From positions 139,774 to 203,773 of the forward strand of contig PABT01000040.1 of the NCBI GenBank assembly GCA_002699205.1: 64,000 nucleotides of DNA, given 5' to 3'. Position 1 is the first letter of the stretch. Every line of letters starts with the position of its first letter. This stretch comes from Allomuricauda sp. GTDB taxonomy: Bacteria; Bacteroidota; Bacteroidia; Flavobacteriales; Flavobacteriaceae. Both the position numbers and the translations under genes were made by a program. Shown here in pieces: positions 36,651-46,000 of this stretch. A model generated the notes under the pieces. It was not told where the DNA came from. It ran no database searches and worked only from the letters and a program-made list of their open reading frames with translations.

Positions 36651-38420
36651 ATGCGAATTAAAGTTCTCTTAGTTGTATTGCTGTTTCATAGTGTGTTTCT
36701 GATGGCACAAGAAAAACAGGAAATGGATGAAATGTGGGGTAATCAAACTACAAAACAAAAGGATGTGCCATTGGAGCGTTCGGCCATGTTTGACCAAGGG
36801 AATTATTCAATGTTCATTCATTGGGGGCTATATTCCAATATTGGCAATAAATGGAAGGATAGTACCTACTACGGCATTAGTGAATGGATCATGCACCCTA
36901 AGAGGGCGGGGATACCTGTAGCCGAATATAAGGCAGAAGCAAAGAAGTTTAATCCTGTAAATTTTGATGCGAGGGCTATTGCAAAATTGGCCAAGGATGC
37001 TGGAATGAAATATATTGTCATTACCAGCAAACACCATGATGGTTTTGCGATGTACGATTCCAAGGTCAACGACTTTAATATCGTTAAGGCAAGCCCTTAC
37101 GGAATAGATCCCATGAAAGAATTGGCAAAAGCCTGTAAAGAATTGGGTCTAGGTTTTGGTTTTTATTATTCACACAATCAAGATTGGACTTTTCCAGGTG
37201 GTAATGGCGGGCCAACGGTCAATGATCAGGGTAAAGAAGTTGGTTTTGATCATTATTTTAAAGAAAAATGTTTGCCACAGGTAAAGGAAATCGTGACCAA
37301 ATATGGCGATATAGACTTGGTTTGGTTCGATACACCCGGAGATATGAAAAAAGAGTACGTGGAAAAATTGGTCAATGTGGTCAGAAAGCATCAGCCCAAT
37401 GCCATGATTTCAGGAAGAGCTGGGCATGGACTCGGAGATTACGAGTCATTGGGAGATATGAACATTCCCGTAAAAAACTTGCCAGGTCTTTGGGAGACAG
37501 TGGATGTAACCAATGATTCTTGGGGCTATGCTTGGTATGATGAAAATTGGAAAAGCCCTGAACAGATATTAAGAAATCTTATTTCAACGGTAGCTAGGGG
37601 AGGTACATATATGCTTAATGTGGGTCCTACCCCTGACGGGAGCGTACCTGTACAGGCACAAAAGGCATTGGAGGCCTCTGGTAAATGGATAGCCAAGTAT
37701 CCACAAGTTATCTATGGAGCAGGTTCATCACCATGGGGGAGAGCACTTCCTTGGGGGGATGTCACGGTTGCTTCTGACGGAAAAATGAACATTGCCGTGT
37801 ACAAATGGCCCTTGGATGGTACACTGTGGCTTCCGGGATTGAAGAACAAGATTACTTCAGCCGTTCTTTGGGTTGATGGAAAAGGTAAGGCCCTCGAATA
37901 TGGAAGGAAGGGAGATTGGGTCAATCTGGCTCTTCCGGCAAAACGTCCCGAAAAATTGGTTTCTGTCATTGAACTTCAAGTAGAGGGAACCCCGAAAATC
38001 ACTACCAAAAACAGTATCGATCCCGTTTATATAACTGAAATTCCTGTAGATTTTGCGACTGCATCAGGATGTACCATCACCGAAAAAAGATGGATGGAAA
38101 AATTTGGGGAATGGAAACATATTACCCAAGCTCAAGATTGGAATAAGTCTGGTACTGTGACTTGGGAAATAGAAATTTTGGAAGCAGGTACTTATCAAAC
38201 AAAACTTAATTATGCGGGAGAAGGTCGTTTGGTCTGGAAAATTCTGTCCGATGAGGGATATACGGTTCAGAACCAACAGAATTCTTCGAGTATATACGAA
38301 TATCACGAAATGGGGGTGATGAAGTTTGATAAACCGGGTAAACATACCATAACAGTTTCATTGGTCAATGGGGACAGGGACAAGGTAAGTTTGAACGCTA
38401 TAAGCTTCACTCCTTGGTAA
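36651..38420 (+). CDS. GH29 alpha-L-fucosidase with C-terminal CBM-like domain
   Basis: FIHWGLYS, SEW, TSKHHDGF, VWFD nucleophile, YMLNVGP. Confidence 0.93.
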   Translation: MRIKVLLVVLLFHSVFLMAQEKQEMDEMWGNQTTKQKDVPLERSAMFDQGNYSMFIHWGLYSNIGNKWKDSTYYGISEWIMHPKRAGIPVAEYKAEAKKFNPVNFDARAIAKLAKDAGMKYIVITSKHHDGFAMYDSKVNDFNIVKASPYGIDPMKELAKACKELGLGFGFYYSHNQDWTFPGGNGGPTVNDQGKEVGFDHYFKEKCLPQVKEIVTKYGDIDLVWFDTPGDMKKEYVEKLVNVVRKHQPNAMISGRAGHGLGDYESLGDMNIPVKNLPGLWETVDVTNDSWGYAWYDENWKSPEQILRNLISTVARGGTYMLNVGPTPDGSVPVQAQKALEASGKWIAKYPQVIYGAGSSPWGRALPWGDVTVASDGKMNIAVYKWPLDGTLWLPGLKNKITSAVLWVDGKGKALEYGRKGDWVNLALPAKRPEKLVSVIELQVEGTPKITTKNSIDPVYITEIPVDFATASGCTITEKRWMEKFGEWKHITQAQDWNKSGTVTWEIEILEAGTYQTKLNYAGEGRLVWKILSDEGYTVQNQQNSSSIYEYHEMGVMKFDKPGKHTITVSLVNGDRDKVSLNAISFTPW

Positions 38421-38490
38421 ACCCGGTTACATTAGGTTGCGATAATACCTGAAAATAATTAACAAAACCGATTTTGTGTCCTTTGTGCCT

Positions 38491-38561
38491 ATTTGATGAA
38501 AAAAAGCAAAAGAATGATGGAACAGAGAAATTGGATTTTGCTTTTAACAACTAGGTTTGTT
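38491..38561 (+). promoter_or_regulatory. HTCS-type PUL promoter, copy 2
   Basis: 33/39 identity to copy 3; TAGGTTTGTT at 38552. Confidence 0.8.
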
Positions 38562-38733
38562 TATGGTTCTATGAATATATAATCGTATTCCCGTCATATG
38601 GTTCTGTACGGATTTTTGGCCGGAATCATGAAAATAAGGGATTCCCGATGGGACTCGGACTAGTCCGAAACCTATGATTACTTGATGGGAACAGGGAATT
38701 GAAATTTGAGCCATGAACAATGCTATTTGATAC

Positions 38734-40218
38734 ATGATAAAACAAATTTTTATATCCATACCTATTTTGTTGTGCACCATAGTTGGTCTGGGACAGAAAT
38801 CACCGAATGTCCCTCCTGACCTCGTGGCACCCGATTGGGAATCGATCGCAGATCATTACAAGGTGCCAGATTGGTTGCAGGATGCCAAATATGGGGTTTG
38901 GTTCCATTGGGGCATTCCATCGGCGACGGACGAAAATAGACCGAACGATGGATCATGGTATGGAAGAAATATGTATGGGGGAGCTAAAAAACAGGCCAAG
39001 GTATTGTCTGCTTGGCATACCGAGCACTATGGCCCTCCAGAAGAATTCGGTTATGAAAAATTAATCCCTCTGTTCAAGGGTGAAAATTGGGATCCAGATG
39101 CCTTGACTGCATTTGTAAAGGAAAATGGTGCCCGTTTTATTATGCCCGTTGCCACCCATCACGATAATTTTGATATGTACGATTCCTTCCATCCTTGGAA
39201 TTCCGTAGATATGGGACCAAAACGGGATGTACTCGGGGAATGGAAGTCCGCTGCTACAAAGTATGGGCTTAAGTTCGGGGTTTCTACCCATCTCTATTGG
39301 TCACCCGGATGGTGGAGACCGGCCCGTAAATACCAAACAGAGGGGACCTTGGAGTGGAAGCTGTTCAATATGGACTACGACCCGGAAAATTATGCCCACC
39401 AAGACAGCTGGAACAAACATTGGTATGCCCGCAGTTGGGAAATTGTTGAAAAGTATGACCCGGATATTTTCAATCACGATAGCGGCTCTTACCCAGAAAA
39501 GGAATTCCCTTTGTTCATTTCGGAATATCTCAATCGGGATTTGAAGGAAAACAACGGAGAACAAACGGTGGTTTTCTCTACCAAGAACCCTTCCCTGAAC
39601 CGTAAGGCCTTTACCTATAATTTGGAACGTGGTGGTGCAGATGAAATTAAAGAAGAGATTTGGTTGTGGGCAACGGATCTCTCCGGAAATTGGTTTTATC
39701 GAAAAAATGCGGTCAACAAAATGAGTATCCCCGTAATGGTGTCAAATGCTGTGGATGCGATAAGTAAGAATGGTATTGTGATGCTCAATATAGCGCTTCG
39801 TGGAGACGGTACAATTCCTGAAAAACAAATTGAATACTTGACCGCTTTTGGAGACTTCCTAAAAATCAATGGGGAAGGAATTTACGGTTCCCGTCCTTGG
39901 AAAACCTTTGGGGAAGGAACTTTGCAAATTAAGGATGGCAGGCAAGGGGAGAACCACAATAAGTACTCCCAAGCAGATATCCGATTTACCACCAAAGATG
40001 GGGTATTATATGCTTTTGTACTTGCTCCGCCAACCGATGACATTGTTATAAATACGTTGGCCAAAAATGGATTGCTGGACCAAAAAATAACCCATATAGC
40101 ATTAATGGGCAGTGATGAAAAAATAAAATGGAAACGGAACAAAAAAAACTTGACCATCCAACTGCCCGAACAGTTGCCTGGCAAAATTGTCAATGGATTT
40201 AAGATAACTGTGAAATAA
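38734..40218 (+). CDS. GH29 alpha-L-fucosidase-family enzyme
   Basis: DAKYGVWFHWG, ATHHDNF, IFNHD, MLNI, DIRFTTK C-terminal domain. Confidence 0.88.
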   Translation: MIKQIFISIPILLCTIVGLGQKSPNVPPDLVAPDWESIADHYKVPDWLQDAKYGVWFHWGIPSATDENRPNDGSWYGRNMYGGAKKQAKVLSAWHTEHYGPPEEFGYEKLIPLFKGENWDPDALTAFVKENGARFIMPVATHHDNFDMYDSFHPWNSVDMGPKRDVLGEWKSAATKYGLKFGVSTHLYWSPGWWRPARKYQTEGTLEWKLFNMDYDPENYAHQDSWNKHWYARSWEIVEKYDPDIFNHDSGSYPEKEFPLFISEYLNRDLKENNGEQTVVFSTKNPSLNRKAFTYNLERGGADEIKEEIWLWATDLSGNWFYRKNAVNKMSIPVMVSNAVDAISKNGIVMLNIALRGDGTIPEKQIEYLTAFGDFLKINGEGIYGSRPWKTFGEGTLQIKDGRQGENHNKYSQADIRFTTKDGVLYAFVLAPPTDDIVINTLAKNGLLDQKITHIALMGSDEKIKWKRNKKNLTIQLPEQLPGKIVNGFKITVK

Positions 40219-40235
40219 AAACTACCTCCGACCAA

Positions 40236-41834
40236 ATGATATTGAAACCAAAAAAAAGTATAATCCTATTGTTTGTTGGGTTTTTGAGCCTTCTAGGAAG
40301 ATCTCAGACCCATTCGTCCTCGGATAATGCCCCGAACATTATCTATATTTTGGCGGATGACCTTGGAATTGGGGATTTGAGCATCTATAACGAAAATAGC
40401 AAGATCAAAACTCCAAATCTCGACCAAATGGGGGGCCAGGGAATGATGTTCACGGACGCCCATACCTCTTCGTCGGTCTGTACCCCTACGCGATATGGAA
40501 TTTTGACTGGCAGATATAATTGGAGAACACCTTTGAAACAATTTGTGACCTGGGGCAATTCCCCCATGCTGATCAAGGATGACCGTCTAACCGTTGCGGA
40601 TATGTTGAAACAACATGGTTACAAAACAGCGGTCGTTGGGAAATGGCATCTAGGTCTTAACTGGAGCATGAAGGAAGGGGGGAAGGAATATGAGAACTAT
40701 ACGGGTATTGAAGATCGTTTTGATCCAAGTCTGATCAATTATGAAAAACCGCTGAAAAAAGGAGCGTTGGATCTGGGGTTTGATTACTCTTACTTAATAT
40801 CCGCATCCCTTAACATGCCTCCCTATGTTTACATTGAAAATGACCAGGTGGTAAGACAGCCCTATCAGGTTTCAGAAAGAAAAAAGGATGAATACCCTTA
40901 TGCAAATTGGATAAAAGGGGATATATCCCCTGATTTTAAACATGAGGAGGTCTTGCCGGTTTTTGTGGATAAAGCTGTTTCTTATATACAGGAGAATGGA
41001 AGAAAACAGAAACCTTTTTTCCTTTATATACCGCTTCCCGCACCCCATAATCCCATCTTGCCTATAGCACCGTGGAAAGGGAAAAGTAAAATCAATCCCT
41101 ATGCCGATTTTGTTTTGATGATAGATGATTTGGTAGGTAAAATATTTGAAGCAATCGAAAAAAGTGGCATAGCGGAAAATACTATGGTGATTTTTACCAG
41201 TGATAATGGCTGCGCTAAAAATGCCAACTTTTCGGTTTTAAAGGCGAAAGGACATAACCCAAGTTATATCTATAGGGGCAGCAAAGGTAGCTATTATGAA
41301 GGGGGGCACCGCGTGCCCTTTTTGGTAAAGTGGCCCGAAAAGATTAAACCTGGCAGCATATCCGATACGGCTGTGTGCACCACGGATTTCATGGCAACTT
41401 GTGCAGAAATTGTAGGCTATCGGCTTCAAGATGACGAGGGAGAGGATAGCTATAGCATGATGCCATTGTTTCAGCAAAGAGAAGGATACCAAAGAACTTC
41501 TATAGTCCATCACAGTCTGCGAGGTATTTTCGCCATCCGTAAGGGGAATTGGAAATTGATCCTATCTCCGAATTCAGGTATTTTACCAAACGGGAAGCCT
41601 GAAAAATTACCTGAAAAGTTACCCGAATACATGTTATATAATCTAGAAGAGGATATTGGCGAAACAAAGAATGTTGCCGCGCAATACCCTGATAAAGTTC
41701 GGGAACTGAAAGAGTTGCTCATTCGGCAAATTCATGACGGTAGGAGCACTCCTGGAAAAAAACAAGCCAACGATTCGATAAGTTTTCCTTGGGTACAGGC
41801 CCAATTTGCCTTTCAAGGGGTATCGGATAAATGA
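40236..41834 (+). CDS. Cys-type S1 sulfatase (S1_15-like)
   Basis: LADDLG, VCTPTRYGILTGR, GKWHLG, FTSDNG, EGGHRVP. Confidence 0.93.
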   Translation: MILKPKKSIILLFVGFLSLLGRSQTHSSSDNAPNIIYILADDLGIGDLSIYNENSKIKTPNLDQMGGQGMMFTDAHTSSSVCTPTRYGILTGRYNWRTPLKQFVTWGNSPMLIKDDRLTVADMLKQHGYKTAVVGKWHLGLNWSMKEGGKEYENYTGIEDRFDPSLINYEKPLKKGALDLGFDYSYLISASLNMPPYVYIENDQVVRQPYQVSERKKDEYPYANWIKGDISPDFKHEEVLPVFVDKAVSYIQENGRKQKPFFLYIPLPAPHNPILPIAPWKGKSKINPYADFVLMIDDLVGKIFEAIEKSGIAENTMVIFTSDNGCAKNANFSVLKAKGHNPSYIYRGSKGSYYEGGHRVPFLVKWPEKIKPGSISDTAVCTTDFMATCAEIVGYRLQDDEGEDSYSMMPLFQQREGYQRTSIVHHSLRGIFAIRKGNWKLILSPNSGILPNGKPEKLPEKLPEYMLYNLEEDIGETKNVAAQYPDKVRELKELLIRQIHDGRSTPGKKQANDSISFPWVQAQFAFQGVSDK

Positions 41835-41864
41835 TAGGTTAAAACAAACTAGGTTCAAAAATTA

Positions 41865-42929
41865 ATGCCCTATAAATATATGAAACCATACACATTATTG
41901 TTTTTTGCCGTAGTCACTTTGTTGTTTTATTCAGCAAAACCGGATAAGAGAATAAAGGAATCTTCTTTCGCGAAGTCACTGGTTCCTGGAGAATATATAC
42001 TTCCTGCGGAGGAAGGATGGTGGAATTGGGGCATGGCGCCCATTTATGACGAAAAGGGAAAGTTGCATGTGTTTATGTCCACAATCCCTAATGAGGGTAG
42101 TTGGATACGCGATAGTAAGATAGTCCATTTTATGGCGGATGGTCCAGAGGGACCCTATACATTTGTGGATACCACATTTGCAAGTCCCAAATTCACCTAT
42201 CACAACCCACAAGTATCCAAAGTGGGAGATACCTATGTAATGGTCTATTTGCGCAAGGATAGGACAACGCCAAGAATTCGGCAGGAAATCGGCATTGCTA
42301 CCACGGAATCCTTGGACAAACCCTGGGTGGAAAGTCCCCATAACCCCATCATTAAAGCTACGGGAAGTATGGGTGGGGCTAATATCATTCATGCATCAAA
42401 CCCTACCTTTTTAGTGGATGAGAATGGAAAATTCAGAATCTATTATAAATCCATCACCGATAAACATAAACCTAAGCTATACAGGGAGATCTCTATGGCC
42501 ATGAGCGATAAGATAGAAGGGCCTTATGAAAATTACAAGGAAAATCCCCTGATATCCTATGCGGATATGGGATTGGACATTGAAGATCCTTACGCATTTT
42601 ACTATAAGGGAATGTACTATATGATCGTAGAGGACCGAATGGATGTAAAAAGTGCCTTGGAAGGGAATCCAACACCGAAAAATGAAATTAAGTTGGGAGG
42701 AAACCGGCCAGGGTTGATCTATAAATCTAAAGATGGGATAGACTGGGGAAGACCGGAAATCGGGTACAATACCAATGCATATTACTTCAAACAAGAATTG
42801 GCAAGAACCGAGAGGCCTAATATTCTATGGAAGGACGGAAAGCCCGAATGTCTTTTCCTTGCGTGTCATGACAAAGACCCTACCGCTGGATTTTTCTTGA
42901 AAATTGAAGGATGGGAAGAACTGGAATAA
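41865..42929 (+). CDS. Five-bladed beta-propeller glycoside hydrolase (GH43/117-like clan)
   Basis: WGMAPIYD, HNPQV, ASNPT, IEDPY, ERPNI blade motifs; signal peptide. Confidence 0.7.
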   Translation: MPYKYMKPYTLLFFAVVTLLFYSAKPDKRIKESSFAKSLVPGEYILPAEEGWWNWGMAPIYDEKGKLHVFMSTIPNEGSWIRDSKIVHFMADGPEGPYTFVDTTFASPKFTYHNPQVSKVGDTYVMVYLRKDRTTPRIRQEIGIATTESLDKPWVESPHNPIIKATGSMGGANIIHASNPTFLVDENGKFRIYYKSITDKHKPKLYREISMAMSDKIEGPYENYKENPLISYADMGLDIEDPYAFYYKGMYYMIVEDRMDVKSALEGNPTPKNEIKLGGNRPGLIYKSKDGIDWGRPEIGYNTNAYYFKQELARTERPNILWKDGKPECLFLACHDKDPTAGFFLKIEGWEELE

Positions 42930-42996
42930 ATGGGATACATGAAGATGTCAATATAAAAAAATGGATTGTCAATATATCTACTCAAAATAACCACCT

Positions 42997-44889
42997 ATGA
43001 AGATTTTTATTTATTTATTTGTTTGTTTCACGATTTTCACCTCCTGCAAAGATTCAAAACAGGAGAAAGATGCCATTCTCGGGGATGGTGAGAGACCCAA
43101 TATACTTTGGATTAGAAGTGAGGACAATGGCACTTACATTGGTCCTTACGGGGACAAAATAGCTCAAACCCCCAATTTGGACAAATTAGCGGAACAAGGG
43201 GTGCGCTATTCCAATGCTTTTGCCAATGCACCGGTCTGTGCAGTGAACAGGAGCTCCATAATCCTTGGCGTTCCGGCCATTACGACGGGGACCCATCACA
43301 TGCGGAGCAGATATCGGGTTCCAGATTCACTTGTACCATACCCAACACTTTTAAAAGAAGCAGGGTACTACCTCACCAGCTATGGTAGGACAGATTATAA
43401 TAATTCCAGTTTCGATAGCGAAATTTATGATGAATATGGTAAGAAGGCACATTATAGAAACCGACCAGAAGGAAAACCGTTCTTTCACGTATTTAACATA
43501 TTGTCCACCCATGAAGGACAGATATTCGAACGACATTATCCTGAAAAATATCCAGAGGCCCAGACACCCGCAGAGGGTATCGTAGTACCTCCCTACCAAG
43601 TCAATACCCCTGAGAACATTAAAGACTGGCAGCGGGTTTATGACAGGGTTGCCGATATGGATAAGAAAGTAGGGGAATTCCTTGCCGACCTTGAGGAATC
43701 TGGTGAAGCCGAAAATACGATAGTAATCTATTCCCCGGACCATGCCGGAATCACACTTCGCTCCAAACGTTATATTTATGACAGTGGGACACGGGTGCCC
43801 CTGATTATTTATTTTCCGGAGAAATGGAAGCATCTGGCCCCTGGTAAACCGGGGTCTGTCATTGAACGTCTTGTTCAAATGACCGATATACCACCAACAT
43901 TGCTTTCGCTTGCCGGTGCAAAAGTGCCCGACTATATGACCGGACATATTTTTTTGGGTCCGTCAGTTGAACCAGCACCGGAAACCGTATTGCTTTTCTC
44001 CGATCGTTTTGTCTCTGCACCGGAAATGAGGAGAGGTCTTACCGATGGGCGTTGGAAATACATCCGAAACTATGAGCCAGACCGTCCAAGATTTCAAATG
44101 ATCACCTACCCCTTGTACCACCCAGGGCAACTTTCCCAGGTAAGGGAATATCAGGCGGGAAGAACGACTCCTGCCCAATCGGCATTTTTCCTTCCCCAAC
44201 CTCCCGAAGAACTTTATGACACCCAGGCAGATCCACATGAAATTGAAAATCTTGCAGGTCTTCCAGAATATGCGGACAAACTTGAGGACATGGGCCAGAA
44301 ACTGAACAAACAATTGTTGGCAGCCCGTGATGCAGGGTTTATTCCCGAGCCAATGATGGAAGCTATTGATAAGGATAGTTCCACAACGATCTATGATTTT
44401 GGCCAATCGACAAAACAATATCATCTCGATGAAATTTTTGCTGTTGCCAACAAGGCCCAGAAGAAGGATCCGAGCCTGATTCCGGATTTGGTTGAGAACG
44501 TGAAAGCGGATGATCCCATAATTCGGTACTGGTCTATCCTGGGACTTCGAGCATTGGGTAAGGAAGCCAAACCAGCCCTTAAAGAGATAGAAACGGCATT
44601 GGAAGATCCAGAAATAAGTGTTCGTATAACGGCTATGATCGCCTTGGGAAATATAGGCCAACGTAGTAGGGCTTTGGAATTACTTGTCAAAGAGGCAAAA
44701 GATGCAACCACGGATGTCCAGGCTAACTGGGCACTGCATGCTATAAAATATCTTGATGCCCCCGAGGCAATTGAGGGTTTTGATGAAAAAGAGCTTGTCA
44801 AAGGTTCTGATTCCCGAAGAACCTTCCTGGACCTTGCACATGGGGGTACCATGTATCAACCCGCTGTTTATGACGAGCTTCAATATTAA
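42997..44889 (+). CDS. S1 sulfatase lipoprotein with C-terminal HEAT repeats
   Basis: Lipobox FTSC; SEDNG; VCAVNRSS; PDHAG; HEAT-like DPIIRYWSILGL, DPEISVRITAMIAL. Confidence 0.85.
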   Translation: MKIFIYLFVCFTIFTSCKDSKQEKDAILGDGERPNILWIRSEDNGTYIGPYGDKIAQTPNLDKLAEQGVRYSNAFANAPVCAVNRSSIILGVPAITTGTHHMRSRYRVPDSLVPYPTLLKEAGYYLTSYGRTDYNNSSFDSEIYDEYGKKAHYRNRPEGKPFFHVFNILSTHEGQIFERHYPEKYPEAQTPAEGIVVPPYQVNTPENIKDWQRVYDRVADMDKKVGEFLADLEESGEAENTIVIYSPDHAGITLRSKRYIYDSGTRVPLIIYFPEKWKHLAPGKPGSVIERLVQMTDIPPTLLSLAGAKVPDYMTGHIFLGPSVEPAPETVLLFSDRFVSAPEMRRGLTDGRWKYIRNYEPDRPRFQMITYPLYHPGQLSQVREYQAGRTTPAQSAFFLPQPPEELYDTQADPHEIENLAGLPEYADKLEDMGQKLNKQLLAARDAGFIPEPMMEAIDKDSSTTIYDFGQSTKQYHLDEIFAVANKAQKKDPSLIPDLVENVKADDPIIRYWSILGLRALGKEAKPALKEIETALEDPEISVRITAMIALGNIGQRSRALELLVKEAKDATTDVQANWALHAIKYLDAPEAIEGFDEKELVKGSDSRRTFLDLAHGGTMYQPAVYDELQY

Positions 44890-44910
44890 TAATTAAGAAG
44901 AAATTATACT

Positions 44911-45930
44911 GTGAAAAAGTCAATCTTAGCATCAATCTTGTTTGTGTTTATTTTATATGCAAGCATCCAAATGGCTGATCAGGAACAGAGTTCTTCTGGT
45001 GAGAAAGATTATGCTTTGCTAGAGCTCGGTTTGATTGATTCCAGTATAAAAAGCGAGATAAAATCAATAAATAAAGCATCACATATTGATCGATCAGAGG
45101 GAGGTGAATACGATTTGGGGGATTATCCGGATACCCTAACCGCATATTTGGGCGCAACCCCTACCCTTGATGGTTTCATCGGAGAAGGTGAATATGATGA
45201 TGCTGAAAAAATATTGGGTGTCTCAGGTTGGCACAGCGACACTCCCCCAGCTTCTGAAAACACCAAGGACCTCTCCGTTGTTGGTTGGGTAAAACACGAC
45301 GGCAATAGCTTGTATTTGGCATTCGATGTCACGGATGACGTTATTTATGGTTTTGATACGGAGCGTTGGTTGCCTTCAGGTAATCCCGATGCAAATAAAT
45401 TGAACTATGATAAAGGATGGCCATTTTGGGGAGATGGCATTGAGCTTATGATGAATTCGACCTATAAATGGGATGATGGTAGTAGATGTGTGGGAGATGG
45501 TAGAAGCTGGCAATTCTGTTGTAGTACCAATAAATCTGTTCTTGGTGGTTTGGGGGTTGGAGGACTGTCTTCAGGACTGCCACTTAATGAGGAAGTTTGG
45601 AATCGTTATGAGAGTTGGATAAGAAATGGAGATATGGAAGCCGCTGTCCGTTTAAAGGATAAGGAGGAGGGGCGAGGCTATGTTTTTGAGTGGCGGATTA
45701 ACCCAAATCCATGTATGATGATTGATGATACAACCTATGTGGATTTGTCCAAGGAAACTAAAGTAGGGTTCAATATTGAACTTCAGGATCTTGATGAGAA
45801 AGAAAAAGGCAAAGGTAATTTCTCCAATATGCATCACATTGATTATTGGGCCAAGGTTGCGTCTAACAGAAAAACCGATCTCAAATCATTCGGTACATTA
45901 ATAATAAAACCAGAAAAGAAAGAACATTGA
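44911..45930 (+). CDS. Stand-alone CBM9/DOMON-like sugar-binding protein
   Basis: GTG start; PTLDGFIGEGEY, LYLAFDVTDD, GDGIEL, GYVFEWRI, VGFNIELQD. Confidence 0.7.
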   Translation: MKKSILASILFVFILYASIQMADQEQSSSGEKDYALLELGLIDSSIKSEIKSINKASHIDRSEGGEYDLGDYPDTLTAYLGATPTLDGFIGEGEYDDAEKILGVSGWHSDTPPASENTKDLSVVGWVKHDGNSLYLAFDVTDDVIYGFDTERWLPSGNPDANKLNYDKGWPFWGDGIELMMNSTYKWDDGSRCVGDGRSWQFCCSTNKSVLGGLGVGGLSSGLPLNEEVWNRYESWIRNGDMEAAVRLKDKEEGRGYVFEWRINPNPCMMIDDTTYVDLSKETKVGFNIELQDLDEKEKGKGNFSNMHHIDYWAKVASNRKTDLKSFGTLIIKPEKKEH

Positions 45931-46000
45931 ATTTAGCGAAGCCCAAAATAGGGTGGAGAATATGATAATAAAAAACCATACCAACAGAGTCATATAAAAA

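Noticed and set aside
43351-44852. Antisense ORFs of 198, 232 and 143 aa
   Set aside because: Shadows of the sulfatase-HEAT gene, with no protein-like features
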